From Mytilus californianus (taxonomy: Eukaryota), in assembly GCF_021869535.1 (NCBI RefSeq), contig NW_026262604.1, forward strand, positions 64,852,001 to 64,916,000: DNA of 64,000 nucleotides, in the 5' to 3' direction. A model generated the notes under the pieces. That model was given only the letters and a program-made list of their open reading frames with translations. It ran no database searches and was not told the origin of the DNA. Shown here piece by piece: positions 62,875 through 64,000 of this stretch. The translations under genes and the position numbers were made by a program. Every line of letters begins with the position of its first letter. Position 1 is the first letter of the stretch.

Positions 62875-63125
62875 TCAAAGTACCCCTTTATAAACCCCAT
62901 TGCTCAAACAAAACCTTGATTGCACCACTAGACATGTTAGTCTAACATATTGTGAAACCCTAAGTTAATCTGACAAGCGGTTTTGGAGAACGGGTGCGGA
63001 CAAGTTCAAATTTAAAAGTGGCGGAAGAGGAAGAAGAAGAAGAAGAAGAAGAAGAAGAAGAAGAATAATAATAATAATAAGAACTGAGCAAAAACAATAA
63101 GTCTTCCCAAGTTTGGGAGACTTAA
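62875..63125 (+). mobile_element. Helentron/HINE (pearl-like) element with (GAA)n(TAA)n microsatellite and 3' hairpin
   Basis: Microsatellite at about 63024-63082; hairpin aagtcttcccaa-gt-ttgggagactt. Confidence 0.65.
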
Positions 63126-64000
63126 TAAATCAAATGTCCCTCAGACTTGATTTTTGCGTATGTTAATCCTAGAGTTGCTAAGTGGTTATCAACAATTCAA
63201 CTACATTGTCCAATTAGTGTGTTGTCTTTTCATCCTTAAACTTCTGTGAATAACAACATTTATCGGCAGAAAAGGTTGAAAAACAACATTCTGCATTGTC
63301 TGACAACATGCATGCCATATTGTTTACATCAAAGAGTTTTGCTAGAGGAAGTAACTCTGTAACTTTTGTTCTAACATAACGAATTAGACAGAATCTTCCG
63401 AAGGGAATTTTGACAATCAGACAAACAAAACAAAAAAACATATAAACGAGACGGAAGCTTACGTCTGAATTTTACATTTTAATAGTATTTATGTTTTCAA
63501 TCATTGTGATTGTGCGGTTCTGGTAATAAAAATTATTTTAAATTGAAATTTACATAGAATATATAGTAAAATATATAGTAATATAGAACCTCGAAGTGCC
63601 AATACATAATACTGCAAGTTATTTTCTAAAATTTGATTATATATTTATAATTTGATTGGCCTCAAGTATCATATTTTGTGTATGAGATGAATATTTGAAA
63701 TATATGATGTTTACGAAATTTAAGCATTTGCCCGACTAATTCTAAAACAGACTGGCATTTAATTTTGATTTTTTTTACTTTCTTTATTGTAATAGCTGAT
63801 TTTCTTGTAACTCCCCAATGCATGAGCGTACTAGGGCAAACATTATAATACTATATACAAATATTGAATATAGATACATAAAAACATTAATTGGATCTAT
63901 TTATATAAAGGTATTGCCACCTTCTGTCTATTTTTACATTTGCTACTAATTAGTTACACAGACGGTTAACCTTTCTGTACTAAGCAGTATCATACATTAC

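Overview
AT-rich eukaryotic (animal) genomic DNA with GT-AG introns and no prokaryotic features. The repeat families resemble those of bivalve molluscs, most likely Mytilus (inference, no database search). Two spliced genes lie on the minus strand. (1) The 5' half of a secreted animal heme peroxidase: 6 coding exons between 11556 and 289, with the gene continuing off the left edge. (2) A solute-carrier family 23 (nucleobase/ascorbate) transporter: 8 exons between 57076 and 44301, apparently broken by a frameshift and by loss of the segment carrying the NAT signature motif. The rest is a dense, nested collection of mobile-element relics: piggyBac, BEL/Pao LTR element, Crypton-type tyrosine recombinase, a two-gene PIF/Harbinger, a CACTA element, several Penelope-like (PLE) fragments with pseudo-LTR modules, about 10 copies of a SINE-like retroposon, Helentron/HINE-type repeats and foldback hairpins. 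The most notable items are a nearly intact minimal type-I hammerhead ribozyme (53917-53958) with two decayed relatives, a duplicated peroxidase start exon with complementary splice-site loss, the SLC23 lesions, and triple nesting (PLE in BEL in SINE). All translations and alignments were done by eye; TE boundaries marked approximate may be off by tens of bases.
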